Origin: a virus
Taxonomy: Duplodnaviria > Caudoviricetes
IMG/VR virus record: IMGVR_UViG_3300050015_000990
Span: 1,912-65,911 of that record
Length of the DNA stretch: 64,000 nt
Direction: 5' to 3' (one strand)
Positions 1 to 10,514 of this stretch are shown here, in pieces; position 1 is the first letter of the stretch, and every line of letters begins with the position of its first letter. The notes under the pieces are model-generated. The model saw nothing but the letters and a program-made list of their open reading frames with translations. It did not search any database and was not told the origin of the DNA. The translations under genes and the position numbers were made by a program.

Positions 1-1
1 A

Positions 2-928
2 AACATAAATGATCTATCAAAGAAAACTATTGAATATCAATCCTTAGTTCGATCTCTTGCAACTGTTGCTTATGAGAATAGTGCTGTTATGGCAGCTCCT
101 AAATATCGTATTCGCGGATTCTTCCCAATACCGGATCCAGTAGGAATCCCTCTTCAGCAAATTATCCAATTTGAATATGCTTATCGTTATCTTAAATTAG
201 ATAATACTGGAATAACTTTGAATACGTATGAACATGCTGATCCAAGTACAGGTCAAATTGTTAGAGGGGTATTCACTGATTGGAATGTTATTCAGTCAGC
301 AATTAAGCAAAAAGTATTTGATGCTTCAACACAAGCTTTTATTTGGCAAGAAGAAAATATTGCTGATGGAAATAAAAACAATATCAATCAAATTGATATT
401 GCAATACAAAAAGGTGAAAAGGTTCAACTTAAAATTAGATCTATTTCTGAAGCTGGTTGGCCAAATAACCCTCTAAAATCTGATTGGTCCGAATCTGTAA
501 CTATTGAATTCCCTTCAAATCTTGAAGGATCAGATCAAATAGTTAATATTCTTTCTGATGCTGCAACTGAAGAAACAGCCATTAAATTAGATCAAACACT
601 TAGTTCAGCTGGGGTTTATACTCACTTAGATGATAGTATTCCAAATCCAAATTCGGGATCGGGAACATATTTTAAACATCAAGCAGTTAATCTTGCTTTT
701 GATCTTAAAATTAAAAAAATTGATGGAATTATAACTGTAGTTAATACAACAGATTTGCAAACACAACTAGAAAGATTGTCAGAATATACCTATGTAACTT
801 TGACAAAACCTACAGCAGCAACCGATACAAATACATCAAAAACAGTTACTCTTCAGCAATTATTACAAGCAATGATCGATTCAAGTGCATTTGGTGCAGC
901 AATTTATGATCTTTTACCTATAATATAA
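2..928 (+). CDS. Virion structural protein, C-terminal part (5' end outside the window); FnIII-like segment
   Basis: The frame of ORF 89..928 stays open back to base 2. 'VQLKIRSISEAGWP..SDWSE' resembles the end of an FnIII domain. Lies in the structural operon. Confidence 0.55.
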   Translation, partial: NINDLSKKTIEYQSLVRSLATVAYENSAVMAAPKYRIRGFFPIPDPVGIPLQQIIQFEYAYRYLKLDNTGITLNTYEHADPSTGQIVRGVFTDWNVIQSAIKQKVFDASTQAFIWQEENIADGNKNNINQIDIAIQKGEKVQLKIRSISEAGWPNNPLKSDWSESVTIEFPSNLEGSDQIVNILSDAATEETAIKLDQTLSSAGVYTHLDDSIPNPNSGSGTYFKHQAVNLAFDLKIKKIDGIITVVNTTDLQTQLERLSEYTYVTLTKPTAATDTNTSKTVTLQQLLQAMIDSSAFGAAIYDLLPII

Positions 929-932
929 AAAT

Positions 933-3900
933 ATGAAGCAATTCAACAGTACAGCTATATTAACTTCTAAAAATCCAGAAGCATTTTTAAATTTTGTTCA
1001 CGAAACAACCGATTATCTAATTATTCCGGAATGCTCTATTGGATTAAAAATACTTTACGTTAATGGGTTAGATGTGAATGCTTATTCAGCTTCTTTAGGA
1101 TATGCTCTCCAACTTAATGCAGCTAATGATTTAGCTTCATTTAATATTTATACGAGTATAAACTCTTCTTTTGATGCTAACCTTGTATTTCATTTTTATG
1201 ATTCTTTTTTAAATCCTGTTCCTTCTCAAGATGTTTCCATTTCAATTTGGAATAGACCATTTTTTGTTTCTTCAGGAGTAGTAAACACCTTTAATAATGA
1301 AGATATTCTTGTAGATGACGAAGCATCTTATTTGTTAATGAGAAGTAATCCTAAATTTACAGGAAATATTAAATTGCGTGTTAATGAAAAGAATGAACTA
1401 TATTTAGACACTTTTAAAGTTTCTGATATTCTTTCAAATAAAAAATATCGTAAGCAAAAAGTTTCTGGAAATAGCGTTCTTTCAAGTGATATAAGAAATA
1501 CATTCCAAACATTACCTTTAGGAGAACTTTATCGAGTCGATGTAGATAATACTCTTTTGATTGGAGTTCCTAAAACTGATTATAAGAATCAATATAATAC
1601 AACTTATAATTACGGAGCATATCTTATTAAAGATGAATTATATACCGAGGATAATGCCCTATTAGCTCCCCTTTGGATTAATTCGAAATTACCAAATTAT
1701 TTTGCTATATTCAGATTAGATGGAGTTTATAATCAAGAAACTTATGATGTATCCTCTTTAACTAATTTGGCATTTAAATATTTTGAGCAAAGTGATATAG
1801 TAAAAAGCTGGAGTTTACGTCCGGAAGCTCCTTTAGGAAAATATTTAAATACTCACTTAAAAGATCTTGTAAAGATTCAAGCTCCTGTATTTTTATCATT
1901 AACAGATCCTGATGCTTCTATAGCTGATTCCAATGACGATCCAAATACATGGTATGGAATAGCTGTTGATAAAGGCGTACTTACAGGAAGATCCGAAACT
2001 CCATATTTCTTTAATCAGAAAGCAAGCAACTTTACAGATTTAAATGCTTTCGTTTCCCAGGGATTTGAAAGACAATCATTATTAATTCCAAACATTATTA
2101 ATCTTGAATATGTTTTTGATGATAATGATGTAAGCCTTTATTCTATGAAAAGATATTTCGGTCTTTACTTAACCGAAAATATTTTATATAATATTGCATA
2201 TTATTCTGATTCATCGAGCGGTCCTATTCAAATTTTATCTCTTGATGGCAATGATAGTAGTGTTTTCATGCATTCTTCTATTTTTGATTCAAGCGGAAAT
2301 ATTCTTTCAGATTATGCAAATAGAATTTTTGTGTTAAATGATGAAGTCCAGTTAAAAAGATTTAAAAATGTAAATGAAATTAATGAAACTGTATTTAATG
2401 AATATGTAAGCAAACCTTATAAAAATTTATTTACTATTCCTGTTGAAAAAGTAAACATTAATCCTTTCATTACTTTAACTCTTAATAATACTCTCGAACA
2501 AGGAGAACATTTAAGAATTATAAATAAAACTCAAAACAAGATCTGGGAGATCTTTAGTGTTGATGCTTCTCAATTTAAGTGTGACAAATATTGTACAATT
2601 TCTGAAAATCCAGGTTATCCAACTGTTTATAGAACTTATTTTGACTTTAATGGAAATATTTCATATCAGATAAAACAAATTCAAGAAGCTTTTGATCTTT
2701 TTGGAGAATATGAAGGAGCTCAATTTAGAGCTGGGGTTAGAGGATCTAATTGGGTATCCCTTATCCTCAATGATGATGCAAGTACTACAGAAGAATGGGC
2801 ATTCCAGAGAATTACATCTTCAACTTTAAATAATTTTGGTGATTCTTCTTCTGGATTTAATAATGCAGCATTCCCAGGAGATATTACATTTTTTGGAAGA
2901 CTTACACCAAATTCGAGTGATTTTGAAATAATCCCTCCTAATTCTTCTTATGGCCCTATTGATTTTGAATTATATGGGGCTCGCCAATCCATTAAGATTA
3001 ATTTATTTAATAGAGGGTCTAGAAATCTTTATAGCTTTGATTCCTCTGATAATATTTTACATAAATTTACAAATCCTACTTTATACCAGGGAATGGATAT
3101 GTGGTATAGAAAAATTCAGGGTTTTAATATAACAACTCAATCATCTTCAGATAATTATCAATATGTCAAAGATCCTTATCATATTATTGATAGAGTTCTC
3201 GTTATGACAGATGTAGATATATTAACTCTTAAAGACCAGTGGAATGCTTCTAGCATTTATCCACTAAAAATCTCTTTAATGGGGGTTAATCCGGTCAAAG
3301 ATATTGATTATACAGTTTATGATGCATCCTTAGGATTCCAAAGCGAATACTGGTATGCAAGAAATGATGATGTTAGTAGTTATTATATTGTTGTTGATGT
3401 CTGTTCAAATTATATTGTTGATATTCCAGGATCCTATGTTATTAAATCAGGAACAGGAATTATTGAAAAAGATAATTCTTCTCTTTCATATGGGCCTCTT
3501 ACTTTATTTAATACTTTTAATTCAAGTATAAATTTAGTGGCTGCATCTCAAACTTTAGTAACTTATGCTATTTTAGATGGGTCTTTTAATTATAAATCTC
3601 TTAATAGTTCCACCAAAGAAGAAAATATTAACGATTATTATGCTTCTAATACTTTATTAAAATATGGGTTAACTATTCCTCAAGTTTCGAAATGGGTAGG
3701 CCTTGGAACCGATGTTCGAAATAATCCCCTTCGATTGATTTTAGATAGCTCTATTTTTGATGTTAGCACTAATTTTATTCCAACAAGTACGAGCTTTTCA
3801 CAAGAAATCTCTTATTCTTCTTTCAAATATCTTGGAACTAGCGGAAGAGCATGGGAGAGTTATGTATTCTATGATATAAATGATGTAATCCCGGATGCAA

Positions 3901-5603
3901 GTTCTTTCATAACTCTCAAAGATGCTATGTTTAAGTATCCATATGTGGATTATTTTTCTAAGCTTTTATATTCTAATTATAATGTAGATGCTACAAAGAC
4001 TCGTTCTTCAATAGTTTATTACAATGGATATAAAAATACTATTGATACAATTTTGCTAGGGTTAAATTTATCCCTTAAAATTGAAAATGTTGCAAAGAGT
4101 GTTTTAGACATAAAGAACTATGATAGATATAGATTTTCTTTCATGTCCACAACTTCTAGAAATAAAGATAACAAACGTCCTATTGAAGTTATTATCAATG
4201 AAAACACCAAAACAATCTTAATGATTTGGTACCAGGGAAATGACGAGCTTAATTACAATATGAGATATTCTTCATTTCTTCCAGGAAAAGCTTTATTAGA
4301 CCCTTCTGATAATGGTTTTATTTCAGGAGCAAACCAAGAATTATTTTCCTTTGTTAAAACCCCATATTATGTAAATAATTCTACAATTCAGAAATCTATT
4401 TTAAAATTTTATGATACTCTTGCCACATATGATTCTTCAACAGCTCGACTATATGCTCAATTAAATAAGAATTTAAATGGATTTAATTCTGCTTGGAATG
4501 CTCCTGGAGCAAACACTATTACTGGCAGTGTATTTACTGTAAATGGTGATAGCTATAATACCTTTTCTCAATATGTAGATTATATTTATAACCAAAATGC
4601 TAATGCTTTTGGAGATTATGTAGAAAATTATGGATATAATTATAATAGCAATACCAACTGGTATGTAAACAATACTACAAATATTGACACATTAAAATAT
4701 TTTCTTTCATCATCTTTTAATTATGTGATGTATTACATATTGCGTGGGGATGAGGTTTATAATAGCTATGATTTTGGAATACTTAATCCTATGACTATCA
4801 CAATTAATCCTCCGAGAACATATAGAAATATGTATACTTACAATGGATGGTTTAAACCAAAATTTAATTCCATTCTAGATTTTAAATCAGATGAAAATGC
4901 AGAATTAATTAATGCAGCTGATAAAGATTTTATATTCAGCAATACTAATTTAAGATTATATAATAGCATTCCTCAATTATGGTATAATAAAGTTGTAACT
5001 GCTGTTTCTGCCAATGATATTAGTATAGGAAATGCTATTTCATATGTTTCTAATTTTAATGTCTTTAAAGCTCTGTGGGATGCAGATTATTATTTTAATT
5101 CGCAATTAGGCTCTTATATTGATGGCTATGAATCCCCAAATGAGCTTCCAGCTTTCTTTGGTTCAAAACTTGTAAAATTACCAGACCAATTAACTCTTGA
5201 AAATTGGGATATTACTACAGCATCTTTTTCAAAGACAGCTACCGAAATTACTTTGTCCTTTAATTTATCAAGGATAATTTTGAATATGTTTAAAAATAAT
5301 TCTGCTTTTACAAGTAACTGGAATGGATTATCAAATGCAGATAATATCATAGATTCCTATATCAGGAATACCATCATAACTTACTATAATTTTAGTACTC
5401 CAAAGATTAGGGTAGATTTTTATTACAAACCATATATAACACAAACTCTATTCTATACTTATGATTCAAATTTTATTAATGACGGAAAACAGAATTTTAA
5501 TGGTCAATTAGTATATGAAAATGATGAATACATTTATCGAATGGTTGTTCCTATTACAGGAAACTATTCTTATTTTGCAAAATTTACAATGACGGAGAAA
5601 TAA
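933..5603 (+). CDS. Large (1556 aa) putative virion/baseplate protein
   Basis: Long ORF rich in N/S/Y/F with beta-type composition. It sits among structural genes and has many D-x-S motifs. Confidence 0.6.
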   Translation: MKQFNSTAILTSKNPEAFLNFVHETTDYLIIPECSIGLKILYVNGLDVNAYSASLGYALQLNAANDLASFNIYTSINSSFDANLVFHFYDSFLNPVPSQDVSISIWNRPFFVSSGVVNTFNNEDILVDDEASYLLMRSNPKFTGNIKLRVNEKNELYLDTFKVSDILSNKKYRKQKVSGNSVLSSDIRNTFQTLPLGELYRVDVDNTLLIGVPKTDYKNQYNTTYNYGAYLIKDELYTEDNALLAPLWINSKLPNYFAIFRLDGVYNQETYDVSSLTNLAFKYFEQSDIVKSWSLRPEAPLGKYLNTHLKDLVKIQAPVFLSLTDPDASIADSNDDPNTWYGIAVDKGVLTGRSETPYFFNQKASNFTDLNAFVSQGFERQSLLIPNIINLEYVFDDNDVSLYSMKRYFGLYLTENILYNIAYYSDSSSGPIQILSLDGNDSSVFMHSSIFDSSGNILSDYANRIFVLNDEVQLKRFKNVNEINETVFNEYVSKPYKNLFTIPVEKVNINPFITLTLNNTLEQGEHLRIINKTQNKIWEIFSVDASQFKCDKYCTISENPGYPTVYRTYFDFNGNISYQIKQIQEAFDLFGEYEGAQFRAGVRGSNWVSLILNDDASTTEEWAFQRITSSTLNNFGDSSSGFNNAAFPGDITFFGRLTPNSSDFEIIPPNSSYGPIDFELYGARQSIKINLFNRGSRNLYSFDSSDNILHKFTNPTLYQGMDMWYRKIQGFNITTQSSSDNYQYVKDPYHIIDRVLVMTDVDILTLKDQWNASSIYPLKISLMGVNPVKDIDYTVYDASLGFQSEYWYARNDDVSSYYIVVDVCSNYIVDIPGSYVIKSGTGIIEKDNSSLSYGPLTLFNTFNSSINLVAASQTLVTYAILDGSFNYKSLNSSTKEENINDYYASNTLLKYGLTIPQVSKWVGLGTDVRNNPLRLILDSSIFDVSTNFIPTSTSFSQEISYSSFKYLGTSGRAWESYVFYDINDVIPDASSFITLKDAMFKYPYVDYFSKLLYSNYNVDATKTRSSIVYYNGYKNTIDTILLGLNLSLKIENVAKSVLDIKNYDRYRFSFMSTTSRNKDNKRPIEVIINENTKTILMIWYQGNDELNYNMRYSSFLPGKALLDPSDNGFISGANQELFSFVKTPYYVNNSTIQKSILKFYDTLATYDSSTARLYAQLNKNLNGFNSAWNAPGANTITGSVFTVNGDSYNTFSQYVDYIYNQNANAFGDYVENYGYNYNSNTNWYVNNTTNIDTLKYFLSSSFNYVMYYILRGDEVYNSYDFGILNPMTITINPPRTYRNMYTYNGWFKPKFNSILDFKSDENAELINAADKDFIFSNTNLRLYNSIPQLWYNKVVTAVSANDISIGNAISYVSNFNVFKALWDADYYFNSQLGSYIDGYESPNELPAFFGSKLVKLPDQLTLENWDITTASFSKTATEITLSFNLSRIILNMFKNNSAFTSNWNGLSNADNIIDSYIRNTIITYYNFSTPKIRVDFYYKPYITQTLFYTYDSNFINDGKQNFNGQLVYENDEYIYRMVVPITGNYSYFAKFTMTEK

Positions 5604-5606
5604 AAT

Positions 5607-7541
5607 ATGAAATTTGAATATTCACCTGGTTTAATAGGATACGGGGCTAAAGGAGCTGATGGTTCTTCTGGCTTACAAGGATTGGCAATTTACTTTACCG
5701 ATTACAATCCTCTTAGTGATAGAATTACACTCAAAAGTGCAATAGAAAATAATGAAGTACTCTGGTCCACTGCTATCCCGGGAACAAAACTTCCAGGTGA
5801 AAGAAAGTATGCTATTAATGATTTAACAGTTGATTCTAGAGGATTTGTTTATAGAATTACGGATTCGGTAAATGGTGATTATATCAATACCGGAATGTCC
5901 CTAAACAAATCATCGTTTTTCCAATTGGGTACAGAATCGGATAATGGCTTTTCAAGATATTTTAATAAACTAGATACTTCTTTAAGATATATTATTGATA
6001 ATGTTTTTACAGATAGTTTAGGAATAAATTATATTTTATCCCCTTCGAAAATATATGGAATAGCTCCTAAGAATTTTGCAAGAATTGAATATTCAAATGT
6101 TGATGCATCTTATTATAATGCTTTTTCTCTTTATTCATCAGGAGAAAATGTAAATTCCGATGATCATAAATCGTTAGCAATTGTTGAAGAAATTGCTTCA
6201 AATAAATTTCATATAGGAAATATAGATAGCAGTAATTTATTTAGAGATGTAGATTTGATATTAGATGTTTCTTCTTTGAGATATACAAGAGAAATCGGAA
6301 ATCAATTTAATAAAAATACAATAGTTGGAACTGTTTTAACAAATGCTGAAAAAAATCCAAATACTTTATTTGATAATAGTTTTACATCTTTGCCTGCATC
6401 TTTTTCATGTATATCCGCTCCTACCCATGTAACTATTAATTGGGTACTATCTGATTTTTGCTCAGATCCATGCTCAGGTATACTTTATTTTTATAAAAAA
6501 GAGGATGCTTCGGGAAATTATACAATGGATCCTTCGATGCTAAGGCCTTTAGTATTTCATAATGTTGACCCCGTTGGAAATATAACCATAAGCGCTTTAA
6601 CACTAAATCAGACTTATGAATATTTCATGAGTGTTTGCAAAAATGGATGGGAAAGAAATTCAAAAATTCAGCCGATTGCCACTACTGATACTCTCGGCTT
6701 TTTTACTATTATTAATCCGGCTCCCCCAGCATTAATTCTTCCGGCAATTTCTTCTAAAAATGCAATATCTATTACAACAAATTCTTTTACTGGATGGACT
6801 CTTGCAGTTGATAAAAATTGGATTTCTGCTCTTCAAAAAGATACGACAATTCCAATTACCGGAAATCCTGTTGCAGGACCTTATATTTTTGATGTAAGTC
6901 TTTCAGCATATAATGGATATACTCAGAGAACTGGAACTCTTACATTTAATTCAGAAGCAGGTATAAAAACAATTGGGATTACACAAAATAGAAGATTGCC
7001 AATGTCGCATTCGGTTTATATGAGTTCCTATATTAATACTGTCTCCGATGCTAGGAGTCGAATTGTATTTGATCCTCCTTTAACTACAGGACAATCAGTA
7101 ACGATTAATGCGTATATACATGCTAAATCTAGAGCAAGAGGGGGAAGTCATACTGCGGATACTCATACTCAAATTTCAGTTTATAAAAATGGTATTTCAG
7201 TTGCAAATACATTAGCATATGCTCATTCAGCTACCAATACTAATCATTGTGAAACACAAGAACTATATTTTACTCTTGCTGGTATTACAAGTGCTGATAT
7301 TATAGAAGTAAGACAAGGTCCTGCATTTGATTGTGTATATTGGACATCTGGAACAAATGGATGGGAAGAGGGGGCTGCTTATATAGAACTAAATAGTGTA
7401 ACTGATGGATATGATACATTTAATATCGACTCAACAAGAAAAATCTGGAATGTCACTAGAATATCTTGTAATTGTGGAACAAACTGTAATTTTGTTTCCT
7501 GGATTGATTTAATTCCTACCGCACTTCCGACATGTACTTAA
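5607..7541 (+). CDS. Putative tail fibre/decoration protein with BACON-like domain
   Basis: N-terminal ~350 aa is paralogous to 7563..9608 (KFEYSPGLIGYGAKGADGSSGLQGLAIYFTD). BACON-like 'TTN..WT...NWIS...RTGTLTF...ITQ'. Cys-rich C-terminus. Confidence 0.6.
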   Translation: MKFEYSPGLIGYGAKGADGSSGLQGLAIYFTDYNPLSDRITLKSAIENNEVLWSTAIPGTKLPGERKYAINDLTVDSRGFVYRITDSVNGDYINTGMSLNKSSFFQLGTESDNGFSRYFNKLDTSLRYIIDNVFTDSLGINYILSPSKIYGIAPKNFARIEYSNVDASYYNAFSLYSSGENVNSDDHKSLAIVEEIASNKFHIGNIDSSNLFRDVDLILDVSSLRYTREIGNQFNKNTIVGTVLTNAEKNPNTLFDNSFTSLPASFSCISAPTHVTINWVLSDFCSDPCSGILYFYKKEDASGNYTMDPSMLRPLVFHNVDPVGNITISALTLNQTYEYFMSVCKNGWERNSKIQPIATTDTLGFFTIINPAPPALILPAISSKNAISITTNSFTGWTLAVDKNWISALQKDTTIPITGNPVAGPYIFDVSLSAYNGYTQRTGTLTFNSEAGIKTIGITQNRRLPMSHSVYMSSYINTVSDARSRIVFDPPLTTGQSVTINAYIHAKSRARGGSHTADTHTQISVYKNGISVANTLAYAHSATNTNHCETQELYFTLAGITSADIIEVRQGPAFDCVYWTSGTNGWEEGAAYIELNSVTDGYDTFNIDSTRKIWNVTRISCNCGTNCNFVSWIDLIPTALPTCT

Positions 7542-7562
7542 AATTAAATATATAAATAGAAT

Positions 7563-9608
7563 ATGACCGATAAATTTAAATATGCTCCAGGTATGCCAGG
7601 TTTTGGCACAAAAGGTTCCGATGGTTCCACCGGTAACCAGGGGCTTGCTATGTATTTTACTGATCTAGATCCAGTTACTGAAATAATTTTATTAAATACA
7701 AAAATAGAAAATGATTGGGTTCTTTGGGAAGGATCATCAACTTCATTACCAGATGGTAGACCTTATACTACTGGAGATTTATTTTTTGATAGTAATGGAA
7801 AAGCATATGAAATAAATGCTGAGACAAATACATTTTCAAGTATAGGGGGTAATTTAAATATGGGGGGATTTTTTGTTCCTCTTGGAATAAATGCAGATAA
7901 TGGATTTCAGAGATATTTTAATAGTAATAGTTCTCCTAAATATATTATAGATAATATTTATACAGAGGTCGGAGCCATTAATTATACAGGATCCCCATTA
8001 ACTATTTATGGCATAACCTCAGAAAATTTTGCTAGAATAGAATTTAGTAATGTGGTTTTAGGCCAATATAATCCATTTACCGTTTATTCTTCTGGCGTAA
8101 CTGGAGGAATAGACGATGCTTCAGCTATAGCTATTGTTAGAGATGTATCTCTCAATTTATTTAGAATTGGAAATCTTGATGATGCAGGTAATTTAAGAAA
8201 TGTTAACTTAGTATTTGACGTTTCTTCATTAATCCACACAAAACAACCAGGAAATTATTTTAACCCAAGTACTGCTCAAGGTTCAATATTAACTAATTAT
8301 GAAATAGCTGCAAATTCGCTTTTTGATCCTAATTTTAATAGTAATCCTGCCAGCTTTATAGGAGTTATGGGAACGACCGATATATCAATAAGTTGGAATT
8401 TATTAGATTTTACAAATGATTCATTAGTAACAGGGGATTTATATTTTTATGAAGATTTATTTCCTGTTTATAATGGGAGTACATTTAGAATTGATTCATC
8501 TGCAGCAAGACCATTAATTTTTTCTCATTTAGATTCTTCTAGTTCAATTCATATAATTGGGGTATCTCCTATAAAAGCTTATGGATGTTACATGAAGTTA
8601 ACCAAAAATGGATGGACTAGAAATTCGGCTAGCAAAAATTTATTTGCATCAAGCTTAGCTGTTACCCCTTTGAGCTATTCTGATGTATCAGCTGCTGAAA
8701 CTTCTATAGGTTTTAATGTTATTACTAATATTGGCTGGGATGTTTCTCTTTATAATAACCCAGGAAATTTTATGTCTATTTGGCAAGGTATTTGCCCAAG
8801 TGGAGGTAATCTATCACATCCTTATGACGGATCTGTTTATATTCATCTTGCTTCCAATGCTTTATCTACGGTTTCAAGAACAGGTTATGTAAAAATCCTG
8901 AATCTCTTGGGGGGGACATTTCAGAATGTTTCTATACAGCAAAAATGGGGAATTCAACCTCAAACATTGCCAACTCTGATTTCTAGTTTTTACGCTATCC
9001 CTAGACAGAGTCCTACTATCCCATATCCAGGACAATCTGGAATACGATACATAACTGATTCAGGTAAATCCAATTATGTGTGGACTATAACTCCTGATAG
9101 CGGAATGACTGTAGCTATTACAAGTGGTGGATTAACAACAGATAGTTCTATTACCGTAACTTGGGGAACCCCTGGGGGTGCAGAAGGAACAGGATCAGTA
9201 ACTGTTCATTATACTGATGGGGGAGGAATTTCTAGTAATAAAACTTTACCAGTTTCTATAGAACATTTTACAATAGTAGAAGATACAAATGGAGCTTCTT
9301 ATAAATATTATAATGCTACTACAGGTGCAGCATGTCAGGGAAATAATACTTTATCTGTATATATAAATCCCGGAAATACTTGGCATGCTAATGTAGTGGG
9401 TTCTAATAGTGCAAAAGTATTTTTATCTGCATATGATCATACTGACACGAGATATCCTAGTGTATCGGGGGAAACAAGCAATAGTTTCTTATCGGTTAAT
9501 ATAGATCCTCCTACTACATCTGGTAGTAGTTCGGATATTAAAATTTATTCGAAGCATTCTTTATCCCCAGAAATATCAATTGTTGCATTATCATCTTGCC
9601 CAATATAA
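7563..9608 (+). CDS. Putative tail fibre/decoration protein with BACON-like domain (paralog of 5607..7541)
   Basis: Shared N-terminus KFKYAPGMPGFGTKGSDGSTGNQGLAMYFTD. BACON-like 'VITNIGW...RTGYVKI...VSIQQ'. Divergent Ig-like C-terminus. Confidence 0.6.
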   Translation: MTDKFKYAPGMPGFGTKGSDGSTGNQGLAMYFTDLDPVTEIILLNTKIENDWVLWEGSSTSLPDGRPYTTGDLFFDSNGKAYEINAETNTFSSIGGNLNMGGFFVPLGINADNGFQRYFNSNSSPKYIIDNIYTEVGAINYTGSPLTIYGITSENFARIEFSNVVLGQYNPFTVYSSGVTGGIDDASAIAIVRDVSLNLFRIGNLDDAGNLRNVNLVFDVSSLIHTKQPGNYFNPSTAQGSILTNYEIAANSLFDPNFNSNPASFIGVMGTTDISISWNLLDFTNDSLVTGDLYFYEDLFPVYNGSTFRIDSSAARPLIFSHLDSSSSIHIIGVSPIKAYGCYMKLTKNGWTRNSASKNLFASSLAVTPLSYSDVSAAETSIGFNVITNIGWDVSLYNNPGNFMSIWQGICPSGGNLSHPYDGSVYIHLASNALSTVSRTGYVKILNLLGGTFQNVSIQQKWGIQPQTLPTLISSFYAIPRQSPTIPYPGQSGIRYITDSGKSNYVWTITPDSGMTVAITSGGLTTDSSITVTWGTPGGAEGTGSVTVHYTDGGGISSNKTLPVSIEHFTIVEDTNGASYKYYNATTGAACQGNNTLSVYINPGNTWHANVVGSNSAKVFLSAYDHTDTRYPSVSGETSNSFLSVNIDPPTTSGSSSDIKIYSKHSLSPEISIVALSSCPI

Positions 9609-9627
9609 TTATTAATACTAATATAAA

Positions 9628-10500
9628 ATGGAAACAATTAAAAAAATTTTTAAAGTAATCTGGACATTTATTAATTCCAAATTTTTCGGATATGCTGTTG
9701 TTTTGGTACTGGTTCTTTTTATTGCACAAACGTGTCATAATTTAAGTAAAGCAAAACAGAAGGTGACTAATTCAGAGCAAAATATTATAGCTTTAACCGA
9801 TACCATTCACAAAGAAAAACTCAAAACTGGAGAACTACAATTTAGCATTGCTGGATATATTGCTAGTGTTAAGGATCTCAAAAATGTAAATAAAAGTCTT
9901 TATGATGAAGTAGAAAAGCAAAAAGGAACAGTGATAAATCTTAATCGTCTTACAATACTTTTACAACAGGATAAAGAAGATCTTAGTCATTTTATTGACT
10001 CATTAAAAATGATTATTAATCAGCCAATGAAAGTTAATGATACAACCTATATTGTTCCTTGGACACTTCCATTCACTTATGATTCAACTAATTTTGATAT
10101 TTGGAGTGGGCAAACAAAAATAGGATTAACATTATCAAAAACATCGCTTAAAACTTATACATTAAGAACCATTGGTAATACTATAGAACTTCCTAGATTT
10201 GATTTTTCTCAGATAGCAGTTACTAATTTAGGATCTGAAATGATTTCTAGAAAAACCCAAATAGAATTAGTTTATGGCCAGAAATATGTAAATGGAAAAT
10301 TGATAGTATTTGCTAATAGTAAATATCCTGGATTTAGCGTTCTAAATTTAGAAGGATGGACAGTTCCTGATCCCCCTAAAAAACATTGGTTTACAGGATT
10401 TAATGTAAGTTTGGGAATAATGCCAAGTTATGATTTTCTTTTGGCTAAACCTACAATTGTAGTAGGTCCTTGCATTGGGTACTCAATCTATCAGTGGTAA
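9628..10500 (+). CDS. Membrane-anchored coiled-coil protein (spanin-like lysis protein candidate)
   Basis: N-terminal TM helix, a coiled coil, and a C-terminal beta-hairpin ending in an aromatic residue (GYSIYQW). Confidence 0.45.
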   Translation: METIKKIFKVIWTFINSKFFGYAVVLVLVLFIAQTCHNLSKAKQKVTNSEQNIIALTDTIHKEKLKTGELQFSIAGYIASVKDLKNVNKSLYDEVEKQKGTVINLNRLTILLQQDKEDLSHFIDSLKMIINQPMKVNDTTYIVPWTLPFTYDSTNFDIWSGQTKIGLTLSKTSLKTYTLRTIGNTIELPRFDFSQIAVTNLGSEMISRKTQIELVYGQKYVNGKLIVFANSKYPGFSVLNLEGWTVPDPPKKHWFTGFNVSLGIMPSYDFLLAKPTIVVGPCIGYSIYQW

Positions 10501-10514
10501 AATAAATATAAATA

